NCBI GenBank assembly: GCA_950097015.1
Contig: CATNEN010000033.1
Span: 3,906,001-3,970,000 of the forward strand
Direction: 5' to 3'
Length of the DNA stretch: 64,000 nucleotides
Source: Macrostomum hystrix
Taxonomy: Eukaryota > Animalia > Platyhelminthes
Of this stretch, positions 1 through 13,287 are shown piece after piece; positions within the stretch are counted from its first letter, which is position 1; each line of letters starts with the position of its first letter. The position numbers were made by a program, and so were the translations under genes. A model generated the notes under the pieces. That model was given only the letters and a program-made list of their open reading frames with translations. It was not told the DNA's origin and did not search any database.

Positions 1-835
1 AGAGTAGCCACAAAGTAGCAACAGACTGCTCATAGAGTAGCAACAAAGTAGCAGCAGACTGCTCATAGAGTAGCAACAAAGTAGCAACAGACTGCTCATA
101 GAGTAGCAACAAAGTAGCAGCAGACTGCTCATAGAGTAGCAACAAAGTAGCAACAGACTGCTCATAGAGTAGCAACAAAGTAGCAACAGGCTGCTCATAG
201 AGTAGCAGCAGACTGCTCATAGAGTAGCAACAGACTGCTCATAGAGTAGCAACAAAGTAGCAACAGACTGCTCATAGAGTAGCAACAAAGTAGCAGCAGA
301 CTGCTCATAGAGTAGCAACAAAGTAGCAACAGACTGCTCATAGAGTAGAAACAAAGTAGCAGCAGACTGCTCATAGAGTAGCAACAAAGTAGCAGCAGAC
401 TGCTCATAGAGTAGCAACAAAGTAGCAACAGACTGCTCATAGAGTAGCAACAAAGTAGCAACAGACTGCTCATAGAGTAGCAACAAAGTAGCAGCAGACT
501 GCTCATAGAGTAGCAACAAAGTAGCAACAGACTGCTCATAGAGTAGAAACAAAGTAGCAACAGGCTGCTCATAGAGTAGCAGCAGACTGCTCATAGAGTA
601 GCAACAGACTGCTCATAGAGTAGCAGCAGACTGCTCATAGAGTAGCAGCAGACTGCTCATAGAGTAGCAGCAGACTGCTCATAGAGTAGCAACAGGCTGC
701 TCATATAGTAGCAACAGACTGCTCATAGAGTAGCAACAGGCTGCTCATAGAGTAGCAACAGGCTGCTCATAGAGTAGCAACAGGCTGCTCATAAAGTAGC
801 AACAGACTGCTCATAGAGTAGCAACAGACTGCTCA
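1..835. repeat. Minisatellite with a 33-bp unit (AGAGTAGCAACAAAGTAGCAACAGACTGCTCAT) that changes to a 22-bp unit after ~590; cut by the window edge
   Basis: Directly visible tandem copies; the short unit lacks an 11-bp sub-repeat of the long unit. Confidence 0.95.
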
Positions 836-952
836 CAAAAGAGTACTTACGCGTCGTAGCAGAGGGTGAATTGAAGTTTGTTGAAGAAAGCAGCTTTCAA
901 GTCACGGAAGGGTGATAGTCGCAAGTCCAATGTCGGCTCCAATGATCTGCAG

Positions 953-3247
953 GTGTCTTCAACAAAAGCGAAGCTGTCGGACCTGGTGCTGCTGACGGAT
1001 GCCTACTCGATGTTCGTAGCCAACCATCTGGCGAAGGTGCTGCGGCCGGCTTGGCGCAAATTCGCCCTGCTGATCGGCGCCAGCCGCTACGGTGGCGTTG
1101 GCGGCTGCGACGACCTTCCCTGCGTGCCGGGCGAACTGCAACGCGCCGCAGCCACTCTGCAGCTGCTGGGCTACCAGACTGTGGTCTGCTGCGACTGGGG
1201 CCGCAACGGCTCCAAGTCCGAGCTTGAAGCCGTGGTGACCGACTTCTGCGACCTGCTGCGAGCAGCCAGCTGGACTGAAGGTGAATTGACACCTGCGTTG
1301 CTTCTGTTCTATTATGCGGCTGCTTGGCGAGGCCACTTTAATTGAGATGCAGCCGCGGAGAGAAGGCTTGGGTGCTTGTGGTGAAATTTACGCCCTTATC
1401 GGCCAACCTCCAAGGCACAGTGGCAGTGTACACTGCCTGACAATCAAAAGGTCAGGTCAGATGTACACACCTGTGTGAGCGTGTGCCTGCGTACAGTATC
1501 TATGTGCGTGTGTACTCAGGAGTCAGCGGAATGGGCAGAATTGCCTCCTCGCTGGCTGCGGGTCTAGTGTCACCAAATGATGTGCCAGTTCCCACAGCCC
1601 GCCTGCAGTTATTTTTTAAAATTTATAATCTGTTCCTCACAGAATAATGATAATCATAACGAATAACTGATACACCAGCCCCGATTGTGTAGAAGGCTGC
1701 GTACGGCTGTTCAGTCCATGGACTGGGGGACGCCACACCCACCCTGAAATGCCCCAGATAATGCTGATAGTCTGGTTCCATTTAACAGCTGGGTGAACTA
1801 AAGCGATCACGAGTTAAGTGTCTTGCTAACGGACACAAATTGTTACGGTAATGTGCCAGTAACAGCAGACAGAATAGTCGGGAATCGAACCCCCGACCTT
1901 CAATTCTTGAGTACGACGCTCTAACCGCTAGGCTACTGCTACAAGCCCTCCAGAACTCGCAGAGCTAATATGATTAAACAACTCAGGAAGCCTATCTGTC
2001 TTCGCTAGGCAAAGAAGAGGGCAACTCGATACAGGCGGTGCTGCTGGTCGACGGCCATGGAGAGCTGTCCGTTGCCGGTGAGAACAGTCTGGCCTGCCGC
2101 AACCTGTTCCTGCTGCCCGACGGCGATTCGGTTGACATAGACTCCGACTTGGCGCGTCGGCTGTTCGATTCGATGCTCGGGCAGAAGAGGCTGGGCCGCC
2201 GGCTCCTGCTCGGCTTCTACGACACCTGCCGCACTTGCGAGAAGCTGGGCAGCGCCCCGGACCTTCAGGTAAGGAGCAAGGACATTTGGGTGAGGTCATT
2301 TAGACATCGGGTAAGCCTTTTAAAGACGAGGTGAGGTCATTGAAGATGGGGTGAGGTCATTGAAGATGGGGTGAGGTCATTGAAGGTGAGATGAGGTCAT
2401 TGAAGATGGGGTGAGGTCATTGAAGGTGGGGTGAGGTCATTGAAGATGGGGTGAGGTCATTGAAGATGGGGTGAGGTCATTGAAGGTGGGGTGAGGTCAT
2501 TGAAGATGGGGTGAGGTCATTGAAGATGGGGTGAGGTCATTGAAGATGGGGTGAGGTCATTGAAGGTGGGGTGAGGTCATTGAAGATGGGGTGAGGTCAT
2601 TAAAGGTGGGGTGAGGTCATTGAAGATGGGGTGAGGTCATTGAAGGTGGGGTGAGGTCATTGAAGGTGGGGTGAGGTCATTGAAGATGGGGTGAGGTCAT
2701 TGAAGGTGGGGTGAGGTCATTGAAGATCGGGTGAGGTCATCGAAGATGACGTGAGGTCATTGAAGTTGAGGTGAAGTCACTGAAGACGATGTGAGGTCAT
2801 TGAAGATGAGGTGAGGTCATGATGGGGTGACAAACCAGCAAGTGGGTTCCCAACCCTCGCACCGCTCGGCAGATGCTGGAGAGCCCGTACTACATTCGGT
2901 TCTACACCACGGGCGCACTGCAGGAGGCCATGGCCTACGGCAAGTCCGGGTCGTTCGGTGTGAACGCGCTGCTGCACTGCATTCGCGAGGCCTGCAAGCC
3001 GGACAAGTCCGAGTCGGAGATCCGCGCCTCCCTGCTGCCTCACCTGCTTCTGATGCAGGTGGCTGAGCGGGTCCAGATTGAGACTCACAAGGCCTACCAA
3101 GGCAGAACGCAATTTCCAAACGTCTCCATGTCGCCTAGCAACGCTTCGCTAGCCGAGTTAGATGACTACCTGATTGAAGATGATGTCCAGATTGTTGAAA
3201 TGCAACGGCTGGTGGGCAATCTCCGGCTGAAGCACGGACTGGCATAG
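953..3247 (+). CDS. Paracaspase-like cysteine protease (peptidase C14, MALT1-like catalytic domain); 5' part uncertain or outside the window
   Basis: Exons ~953-1280, 2009-2268 and 2873-3247 join in frame at GT/AG sites (phases 1 and 0). The spliced protein has FALLIG..Y, SKSELEAVVTDFCDLL, VDGHG (catalytic His), FYDTCR (catalytic Cys), YTTGALQEA, GSFGVNALL and TQFP. These follow the order of the MALT1 motifs ALLIG / AGHG / LDMCR / YAT..GAEA. Confidence 0.8.
1645..1938 (-). mobile_element. tRNA-derived CORE-like SINE copy in paracaspase intron 1
   Basis: The reverse strand shows A-box TAGCCTAGCGG, B-box GGTTCGATTCC, the core GCAAGACACTTAACTC...CACCCAGCTGTTAAATGG and an (ATT)-rich tail; it is colinear with the copy at 38134-38470. 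Confidence 0.85.
2325..2825. repeat. 20-bp minisatellite (GTGAGGTCATTGAAGATGGG) filling paracaspase intron 2
   Basis: About 25 tandem copies visible. Confidence 0.95.
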
Positions 3248-3424
3248 CCCGCGACATTCTGCGCTCCCGTATTCCATTTCTGCTGCATCATTCAGCTTTG
3301 ATACCTGCATGCCATTTTATTAGCCATTGCCGCTTTCATGCCTTAAATACAATTGTTTATCAACAATCGATATTACATTTGGACTCCAGCGCGCAGCTGT
3401 TTGCTTCTTATTGACAGGAGTGCG

Positions 3425-3430
3425 AATAAA
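3425..3430 (+). terminator. Candidate polyadenylation signal of the paracaspase gene
   Basis: AATAAA about 180 nt after the stop codon. Confidence 0.35.
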
Positions 3431-3511
3431 CATGCTGTCCTTATTTCTGCAAAGCAGAATGTAAAGTGATTTCGGGGTGTCAGAACCCTGATGGGGGCAG
3501 TTTGGAGGTGT

Positions 3512-3712
3512 CAGTAGTCTGATGATAGGGGTGTCGGGAGTCTGATGATAGGGGTGTCAGGAGTCTGATGATAGGGGTGTCAGCAGTCTGATGATAGGGG
3601 TGTCAGCAGTCTGATGATAGGGGTGTCAGCAGTCTGATGATAGGGGTGTCAGGAGTCTGATGATAGGGGTGTCAGGAGTCTGATGATAGGGGTGTCAGGA
3701 GTCTGATGTTGG
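3512..3712. repeat. 23-bp minisatellite (CTGATGATAGGGGTGTCAGGAGT)
   Basis: About 8 tandem copies. Confidence 0.9.
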
Positions 3713-4237
3713 GGGTGTTTTAGGGCAGTCAGGGCCCTGATAATTGGGGTGTGTTAAGAGGTGTCAGCACAAGCCTTTTGCTGTGTATATGCATGTATAA
3801 ACGCCTTATACGAGTATGCCATATAATACGTAATGCGCAATTGTTTAAATTGTTTATGTAATTTTTTGTTCATCAATTTGATTCACAATGTTGTATCTAC
3901 AACATTAGCACTAGCAATGGCTGTATCGTGTGCCTTTAATCATTTGGATATGTGATTCAGAATTGCTTAATCAATTTTATTTTAGCCTTAATAATGTTGT
4001 TGAGTTTCCCATTGTTCAGAGCAACGGGTTTCAAATTTGTCCACGCCAGTTCATGGCTTACTCCTGATTTTGATTGAAATACATTGTGACCTCAGGCAAG
4101 CTCAGATCAGACTCTGTTCATTTGATCCTTAGCGATCATCAAGAATTGTGCTCGATGACTTAACCAAAATTCTCGTCTACTCCATCCTATCCTACTGGGG
4201 AATCTGTGTTTCACCCAGGGATAGGAATACGGATGGG

Positions 4238-5011
4238 ATGGGATATTTATCCCGTTGCCACTTTTACCCTAGAGAATCATGCCCGCATGATCCCCCTCAG
4301 TCGCCGCCGCCGCAGCCGCCGGAGTCGCTGGAGGAGCTGCGCGCCCGCTATGCCGCCGAGCGCCGTCGGGTTGACGCCAAGCCCGCTGGAGGTGAGTCTC
4401 CCGCGCTGGCCGAGGCCGGCAGCACCGCCTACCAGCTGGCCGACGCCCTGCTTCAACAGCGCGCCAAAGAGACGCGCGAGGAGGCCCTCGGCCTGCTTGC
4501 CGACGCCTGCCAGACCCTCCAGCACGCTGACAGCTGCCTGCGGCTGGCCAATGCTCGCCTGCGTGGCCTGGCCGGCGTCGGGCGCGATTGTCACGAAGCG
4601 CGCCGGCTGTACAGCCGCGCCTGCCACGAGCTCAACAGTCCTGTCGGCTGCTTCGGCCTTGGAGTGATCGACGCCAAGGCTCTGGCCAGCCACGCGCCGA
4701 ATCTGAACGGCGCCCTGGCCGCCTTCGACAAGGCCTGCCGGGCCGACTACGCGGCGGCCTGCTTTCACCAGTCGGCGTTGCACATGATCGACGCGCCCGG
4801 GAAGCCGCGCGACCTGCCGACCTCTCTGCGGCTGGCCGAGCGGGCCTGCCAGCTGGGCTACGCCAACGGCTGCTTCAATGCGGCTACGGCCTACGCCAGG
4901 GGCGACTGCGGGCCGCAGGACGAGGCGCTGGCTGCCAAATATCGGACTATGGGCCAGCAGCTGCGGTCACCGACTGGCAGAGCAAGTTCCGCAGAAGCTA
5001 AATCTGATTGA
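4238..5011 (+). CDS. COA7: Sel1-like repeat protein, cytochrome c oxidase assembly factor 7 homolog (start uncertain)
   Basis: Repeats such as ACQTLQHADSCLRLA, KACRADYAAACFHQSA, ERACQLGYANGCFNAA and YARGDCGPQDEALA match the COA7/SELRC1 pattern (QHSDSCYKLG, RACDGGYTSSCFNLS, KACDLGHIWACANAS). First in-frame ATG is at 4238; a possible acceptor near 4271 leaves room for an upstream exon. Confidence 0.8.
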   Translation: MGYLSRCHFYPRESCPHDPPQSPPPQPPESLEELRARYAAERRRVDAKPAGGESPALAEAGSTAYQLADALLQQRAKETREEALGLLADACQTLQHADSCLRLANARLRGLAGVGRDCHEARRLYSRACHELNSPVGCFGLGVIDAKALASHAPNLNGALAAFDKACRADYAAACFHQSALHMIDAPGKPRDLPTSLRLAERACQLGYANGCFNAATAYARGDCGPQDEALAAKYRTMGQQLRSPTGRASSAEAKSD

Positions 5012-5169
5012 TTAGAAACTAAATATCATACCACCTAGAAAGATTTGTCAAACACGAACGATTCAGTGTGCATTTGAGCTTCAGCCAATCAACAGTGATG
5101 CTTGTATTTTACAAGCTGTGCCTTGAGATGATGTTTTGTGTTCAGATTTGTGCACTGTCCAATCAAATG

Positions 5170-7480
5170 ACGAGTGCGTGCTTGGATCAAATTTTATCCA
5201 ATCAGAAGAGGAGTGCGTGCTTGGATCAAATTTTATCCAATCAGAAGAGGAGTGTGTGCTTGGATCAAGTTTTATCCAATCAGAAGAGGAGTGTGTGCTT
5301 GGATCAAGTTTTATCCAATCAGAAGAGGAGTGTGTGCTTGGATCAAGTTTTATCGAATCAGAAGAGGAGTGCGTGCTTGGATCAAATTTTATCCAATCAG
5401 AAGAGGAGTGCGTGCTTGGATCAAATTTTATCCAATCAGAAGAGGAGTGTGTGCTTGGATCAAGTTTTATCCAATCAGAAGAGGAGTGTGTGCTTGGATC
5501 AAGTTTTATCCAAACAGAGGAGGAGTGCGTGCTTGGATCAAGTTTTATCCAATCAGAAGAGGAGTGTGTGCTTGGATCAAGTTTTGTCTAATCAGAAGAG
5601 GAGTGTGTGCTTGGATCAAGTTTTATCCAATCAGAAGAGGAGTGTGTGCTTGGATCAAGTTTTATCGAATCAGAAGAGGAGTGCGTGCTTGGATCAAGTT
5701 TTATCCAATCAGAAGAGGAGTGCGTGCTTGGATCAAATTTTATCCAATCAGAAGAGGAGTGCGTGCTTGGATCAAATTTTATCCAATCAGAAGAGGAGTG
5801 CGTGCTTGGATCAAATTTTATCCAATCAGAAGAGGAGTGCGTGCTTGGATCAAATTTTATCCAATCAGAAGAGGAGTGCGTGCTTGGATCAAGTTTTATC
5901 CAAACAGAAGAGGAGTGTGTGCTTGGATCAAGTTTTATCGAATCAGAAGAGGAGTGTGTGCTTGGATCAAATTTTATCCAATCAGAAGAGGAGTGCGTGC
6001 TTGGATCAAATTTTATCCAAACAGAAGAGGAGTGCGTGCTTGGATCAAGTTTTATCGAATCAGAAGAGGAGTGCGTGCTTGGATCAAATTTTATCCAATC
6101 AGAAGAGGAGTGCGTGCTTGGATCAAATTTTATCCAATCAGAAGAGGAGTGTGTGCTTGGATCAAGTTTTATCCAATCAGAAGAGGAGTGTGTGCTTGGA
6201 TCAAGTTTTATCCAAACAGAGGAGGAGTGCGTGCTTGGATCAAGTTTTATCCAATCAGAAGAGGAGTGTGTGCTTGGATCAAATTTTGTCTAATCAGAAG
6301 AGGAGTGTGTGCTTGGATCAAGTTTTATCCAATCAGAAGAGGAGTGTGTGCTTGGATCAAGTTTTATCGAATCAGAAGAGGAGTGCGTGCTTGGATCAAG
6401 TTTTATCCAATCAGAAGAGGAGTGCGTGCTTGGATCAAATTTTATCCAATCAGAAGAGGAGTGCGTGCTTGGATCAAATTTTATCCAATCAGAAGAGGAG
6501 TGCGTGCTTGGATCAAATTTTATCCAATCAGAAGAGGAGTGCGTGCTTGGATCAAATTTTATCCAATCAGAAGAGGAGTGCGTGCTTGGATCAAGTTTTA
6601 TCCAAACAGAAGAGGAGTGTGTGCTTGGATCAAGTTTTATCCAAACAGAAGAGGAGTGCGTGCTTGGATCAAGTTTTATCCAAACAGAAGAGGAGTGTGT
6701 GCTTGGATCAAATTTTATCCAATCAGAAGAGGAGTGTGTGCTTGGATCAAGTTTTATCCAATCAGAAGAGGAGTGTGTGCTTGGATCAAGTTTTATCCAA
6801 TCAGAAGAGGAGTGCGTGCTTGGATCAAGTTTTGTCTAATCAGAAGAGGAGTGTGTGCTTGGATCAAGTTTTGTCTAATCAGAAGAGGAGTGCGTGCTTG
6901 GATCAAGTTTTATCCAATCAGAAGAGGAGTGTGTGCTTGGATCAAGTTTTATCCAAACAGAAGAGGAGTGCGTGCTTGGATCAAGTTTTGTCTAATCAGA
7001 AGAGGAGTGCGTGCTTGGATCAAGTTTTATCCAATCAGAAGAGGAGTGCGTGCTTGGATCAAGTTTTGTCTAATCAGAAGAGGAGTGTGTGCTTGGATCA
7101 AGTTTTGTCTAATCAGAAGAGGAGTGCGTGCTTGGATCAAGTTTTATCCAATCAGAAGAGGAGTGTGTGCTTGGATCAAGTTTTATCCAAACAGAAGAGG
7201 AGTGTGTGCTTGGATCAAGTTTTGTCTAATCAGAAGAGGAGTGCGTGCTTGGATCAAGTTTTATCCAAACAGAAGAGGAGTGTGTGCTTGGATCAAGTTT
7301 TGTCTAATCAGAAGAGGAGTGTGTGCTTGGATCAAGTTTTATCCAAACAGAAGAGGAGTGTGTGCTTGGATCAAGTTTTATCCAATCAGAAGAGGAGTGT
7401 GTGCTTGGATCAAGTTTTATCCAATCAGAAGAGGAGTGCGTGCTTGGATCGAGTTATATCCAATCAGAGGAGTGTGTGCA
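5170..7480. repeat. 39-bp minisatellite, ~59 copies (GTGCTTGGATCAAGTTTTATCCAATCAGAAGAGGAGTGT), containing a 702-bp higher-order duplication
   Basis: 13-aa periodicity in all forward frames; diagnostic variants recur 702 bp apart. Confidence 0.97.
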
Positions 7481-7954
7481 TAGGGTTATTACGAAGTTCT
7501 AATAAAAAGGAGATTGAGTGTTTTCGGATTTCGGTTGACTGTTCGTTTGAGCGAATCAGAGTTGATTGTTGTCCACTGACCAAACGAAAGCTCATATTTA
7601 GCTAAGTCTATACTTCTTAACCTTCGTATTCTCAGTTGTGTTCTCAGTTTGAAACTGTTTGTCTATTAGATAATAAACTGTCTTGTTTCAAGACGTAAAG
7701 GCAAAAGTCTGATTGCATTCAGCAATTACAATTGAGAAAATTTATTTGTTTTAGGCAACATTTGGCTTTTAATATCGGATTGTGCGTTTTTGTCTGAAGC
7801 CTTTATATGTAAAAACAAATGGAACCAAAACAATCGATTGGCATCAATTATTTGCTTCGTAGTTCTTTTTCAAGTATTATATAATATGTCCAGGCTAGTC
7901 TGTTGAGAAATTTATGCTTTAAACAGGTGTGTTTTTCAGTACCGATCCTCACTT

Positions 7955-8380
7955 TCCACTTCCTGACTCTTATTTGATTGGATGTCTCACCAGCACAATA
8001 ACAACAGCCTCACTTCCTGACTCTTATTTGATTGGATGTCTCACCAGCACTCTAACAACAGCCTCACTTCCTGGCTCTTATCAGATTGGATGTCTCACCA
8101 GCACTCTAACAACAGCCTCACTTCCTGGCTCTTATCAGATTGGATGTCTCACCAGCACTCTAACAACAGCCTGACTTCCTGGCTCTTATTTGATTGGATG
8201 TCTCACCAGCACTCTAACAACAGCCTCACTTCCTGGCTCTTATCAGATTGGATGTCTCACCAGCACTCTAACAACAGCCTCACTTCCTGGCTCTTATTTG
8301 ATTGGATGTCTCACCAGCACTCTAACAACAGCCTCACTTCCTGGCTCTTATCAGATTTGATGTCTCACCAGCACTCCAAT
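7955..8380. repeat. 54-bp minisatellite, ~7.5 copies
   Basis: Unit TTGATTGGATGTCTCACCAGCACTCTAACAACAGCCTCACTTCCTGGCTCTTAT; 18-aa periodicity. Confidence 0.95.
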
Positions 8381-8407
8381 TAGCCAATCAGATTTAACTC
8401 CGTGCAG

Positions 8408-10201
<1,794 letters not shown>

Positions 10202-10647
10202 AGAGACGCGGATCGAATCATGCTCGCAGCAATCACTGTAAATTGTAGCTCATGCTGTCTGTGCAATCTGAAATCACTGTCTTTCTTACTGCTGGGGCAG
10301 TGCCGATTCAATGTGACTACCTTGGTTACAGTTATTTCAATACATATCGGGACGTGCTTCTCGCGTTGCTAGGATTACATCCAGCTGTGCTTATTTGGAA
10401 AAGATCCCCATTGTTTAGTGTTGTCAGTTTTTACAGTTTGTATTGCAATTTTTTGTCTCGACTATCCAGACTGTCAGGCAGTCTCCAGAGCTTTTTTCCT
10501 TCGAACTTTTCTCTAGGGAAGCCTTTATCTATTAACCTGTGTAAGCTACCCAGGCTCCAGTCTGTTTATTGTGCCGCTCTGTCATACATGCCTAGCAATC
10601 TCTTATCAGCATTTTAGCGTGACTTTTTACCCCTTGTCCTGCAGCAC

Positions 10648-11270
10648 TGCCTCATCTGACATCCCTCTGCCTCACCTGACATCCCTCTGCCTCACCTGAC
10701 ATCCCCTCTGCCTCACCTGACATCCCCTCTGCCCCACCTGACATCCCTCTGCCTCATCTGACATCCCCTCTGCCTCACCTGACATCCCTCTGCCTCACCT
10801 GACATCCCTCTGCCTCACCTGACATCCCCTCTGCCTCACCTGACATCCCTCTGCCTCACCTGACATCCCCTCTGCCTCACCTGACATCCCTCTGCCTCAC
10901 CTGACATCCCTCTGCCTCACCTGACATCCCTCTGCCTCACCTGACATCCCCTCTGCCTCACCTGACATCCCTCTGCCTCACCTGACATCCCTCTGCCTGA
11001 CCTGACATCCTTCTGCCTCACCTGACATCCCTCTGCCTCACCTGACATCCCTCTGCCTCACCTGACATCCCCTCTGCCTCACCTGACATCCCCTCTGCCT
11101 CACCTGACATCCCTCTGCCTCACCTGACATCCCTCTGCCTCACCTGACATCCTTCTGCCTCACCTGACATCCCTCTGCCTCACCTGACATCCCCTCTGCC
11201 TCACCTGACATCCCCTCTGCCTCACCTGACATCCCTCTGCCTCACCTGACATCCACTCTGCCCCACCTGA
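10648..11270. repeat. 20/21-bp minisatellite (CCTCACCTGACATCCC[C]TCTG)
   Basis: About 30 tandem copies. Confidence 0.95.
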
Positions 11271-12222
11271 GGGGCAGAAGACCTTAGGTACTCTCGCTAA
11301 TTCTCAGCAATAGACCCATCCCATTCGGTTGTACTTTTTGGTGTTAATTTTTTTAATTCCGACAGTTTTTTAATTAAAGGCAATTCGACTGTCCAAGTAC
11401 ACTCTTCTGATAGAGTATTTCTGATCTCAAGAAGTCACAGTATTACAAGACAAAATTTCTCGTAGATTGCTCATTAAATATAATTCTGTCAGTATTTTAT
11501 CAGCGAATTTTATACTGATTTAATCGTATTCTCTAAAGGGCATTATATACCTCAAATACGGGTATTTCGATACATATCGGCTAAGTAGTGGTAACGCATC
11601 GAGGCAAGTGTTTTGGAGCAGCCATCCGGTACCTGCGAAACTGAGGTGAACAAATGTACATAGTGTGTACATCTGTACCTGCTATTTCATTGTGAAGGAG
11701 GTAAAAAAGCAACTCTTGAGTTCTCAACTGAGCACATGAAAGTGTCGAATAGAATGCAAAAGCATGACGCGCAGGATTTACTGAGACTGTCCGGCGTTTG
11801 TACTTCTACGGTTACACGGGAAGCTAAACTAAAATTTAGAGAAAATAATCCTGTACAGTATTCTGGTTTAGTGAATCAAAGTGAGCCAAAATGCAATTAG
11901 CAAGTCAAGTTTACACAGCTACCAGGTAAAATGTTATAGCTTTTCATGATGCGCGGAGAAAAACATGCTTTTAACTCTAAAAATAGCCGGAATCAATCTA
12001 AGACTTTGACATCTGCAGGCGAACATCTCTACTTCCAGTATATAGTAGTGCTCATTAGATACAGTGAAATATTTTTAATCCTGCTCTCCGAATGCTGAAA
12101 AAGCAACTATCAAGCTCATAAAAATATAATTTAAGCAATTAAATTCAGCAGTGTTCAAGGGGTTAAAAATAGAGCCGTTTATAGTGCCGGTTCAATCAGC
12201 TTTGTACAGTTGCTGACTGACT

Positions 12223-13229
12223 TCAGTCGTCATATTCATAATCAGCCTCATCCGAGTCGGAGGTTGTGTCATCAGAGTTCGCTCGAATCGGTGGCCCAAG
12301 GCCAGCGCGAGGCCGTCGATTGCTGCTACCGCCACTGCCACTGATGATGCTTCCCTGAAGCCGCGGCAGAGACGGCGGTGACGACGGCGCGCCGGCAGCC
12401 ACTCCGACAGCTCCGCCGCCTCCGTCAACAATGCGGCTGAGGTTGCTGGCCACCTGGGACAACCGCCTGTTGAGGCTCTGCACCTCGGCCAGCTGCCTGA
12501 GGCGTCGCATTTCCCGCTGCTGAGTCTCCAGCTGGTGCCGCTGAACCGCTCGCCGGCGCTCGTCTAGTTCGACAGTCAGCAGAGCCATCAAAACAGCCAG
12601 ATGGTCGCGACTCTGCTGCAGCCGTTGCGCCATGGCTGGAGGCTGACGACGAGCCCGACGGTTCAGGCGTGTGTACTGCAGTTCTTGCTGCTGCGGCTGC
12701 GGCTGCAGCTGCGGCTGCGGCTGCGGCTGCGGCTGCGGCTGCGGCTGTGCGAATTGAGCTGTTAAGACACTCGAAAGTGAGGAAGCATCGGAAGCGAATT
12801 GATCTGGCGGTGGGAGGGTGGGCATTTCGCCGACAGCCGACTCTTCGGCTTCGTGAGCTGGCGTCGACCGGCTCGGCTGACCAGCGGGCTGCGATGCGAC
12901 TGATGGCTGTTGCAATCGGCGAGCCAACGGCCTGGACGGTGCATTGGCTGGTCGGGGTGCTGTTGGAGGATGGGGAGTTCGCGAAGGCGGCGTCGGATGC
13001 TGAGACCGCGGTTGCTGCTGCTGGGTTGAGCCTGAGGGCCTTCTAACGTTGGCTGCCGCGGCAGGGCCGACGGATGATGGCGCATTTGAGCCACGTCGAG
13101 CAACGCCTGCTGCAGCTGTTGCTGCTGCGGGCGTGGCTTCAGTTGAAGCATTCTGAACCAACCGCGGACCAGAGCCCTGTTGCCGGAGTCCTAGCAGTCG
13201 CGAAGGCGGTTGTGGCGGTGCTGACGGGA

Positions 13230-13287
<58 letters not shown>

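Noticed and set aside
1281-1345. ORF continuation LLLFYYAAAWRGH resembling MALT1 LLYYAGHG
   Set aside because: It lies after a good donor site and ends in a stop; the true HG motif is in the next exon in correct register. Probably coincidence.
2325-2825. AGGTCA nuclear-receptor half-sites repeated every 20 bp
   Set aside because: The 14-bp spacing fits no standard response element, and a hexamer in a repeat unit is expected by chance.
5068-7605. 845-aa, 769-aa and other long ORFs over the 39-bp array
   Set aside because: The unit length is a multiple of 3 and mostly stop-free, so several frames are open; there is no splice or domain support.
5170-8380. CRISPR-like appearance of the 39- and 54-bp repeats
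   Set aside because: Units are directly adjacent with no unique spacers, there are no cas genes and the context is eukaryotic.
12150-12166. AAGGGG-TTAA, a piggyBac-like right end
   Set aside because: No matching left terminus was identified.
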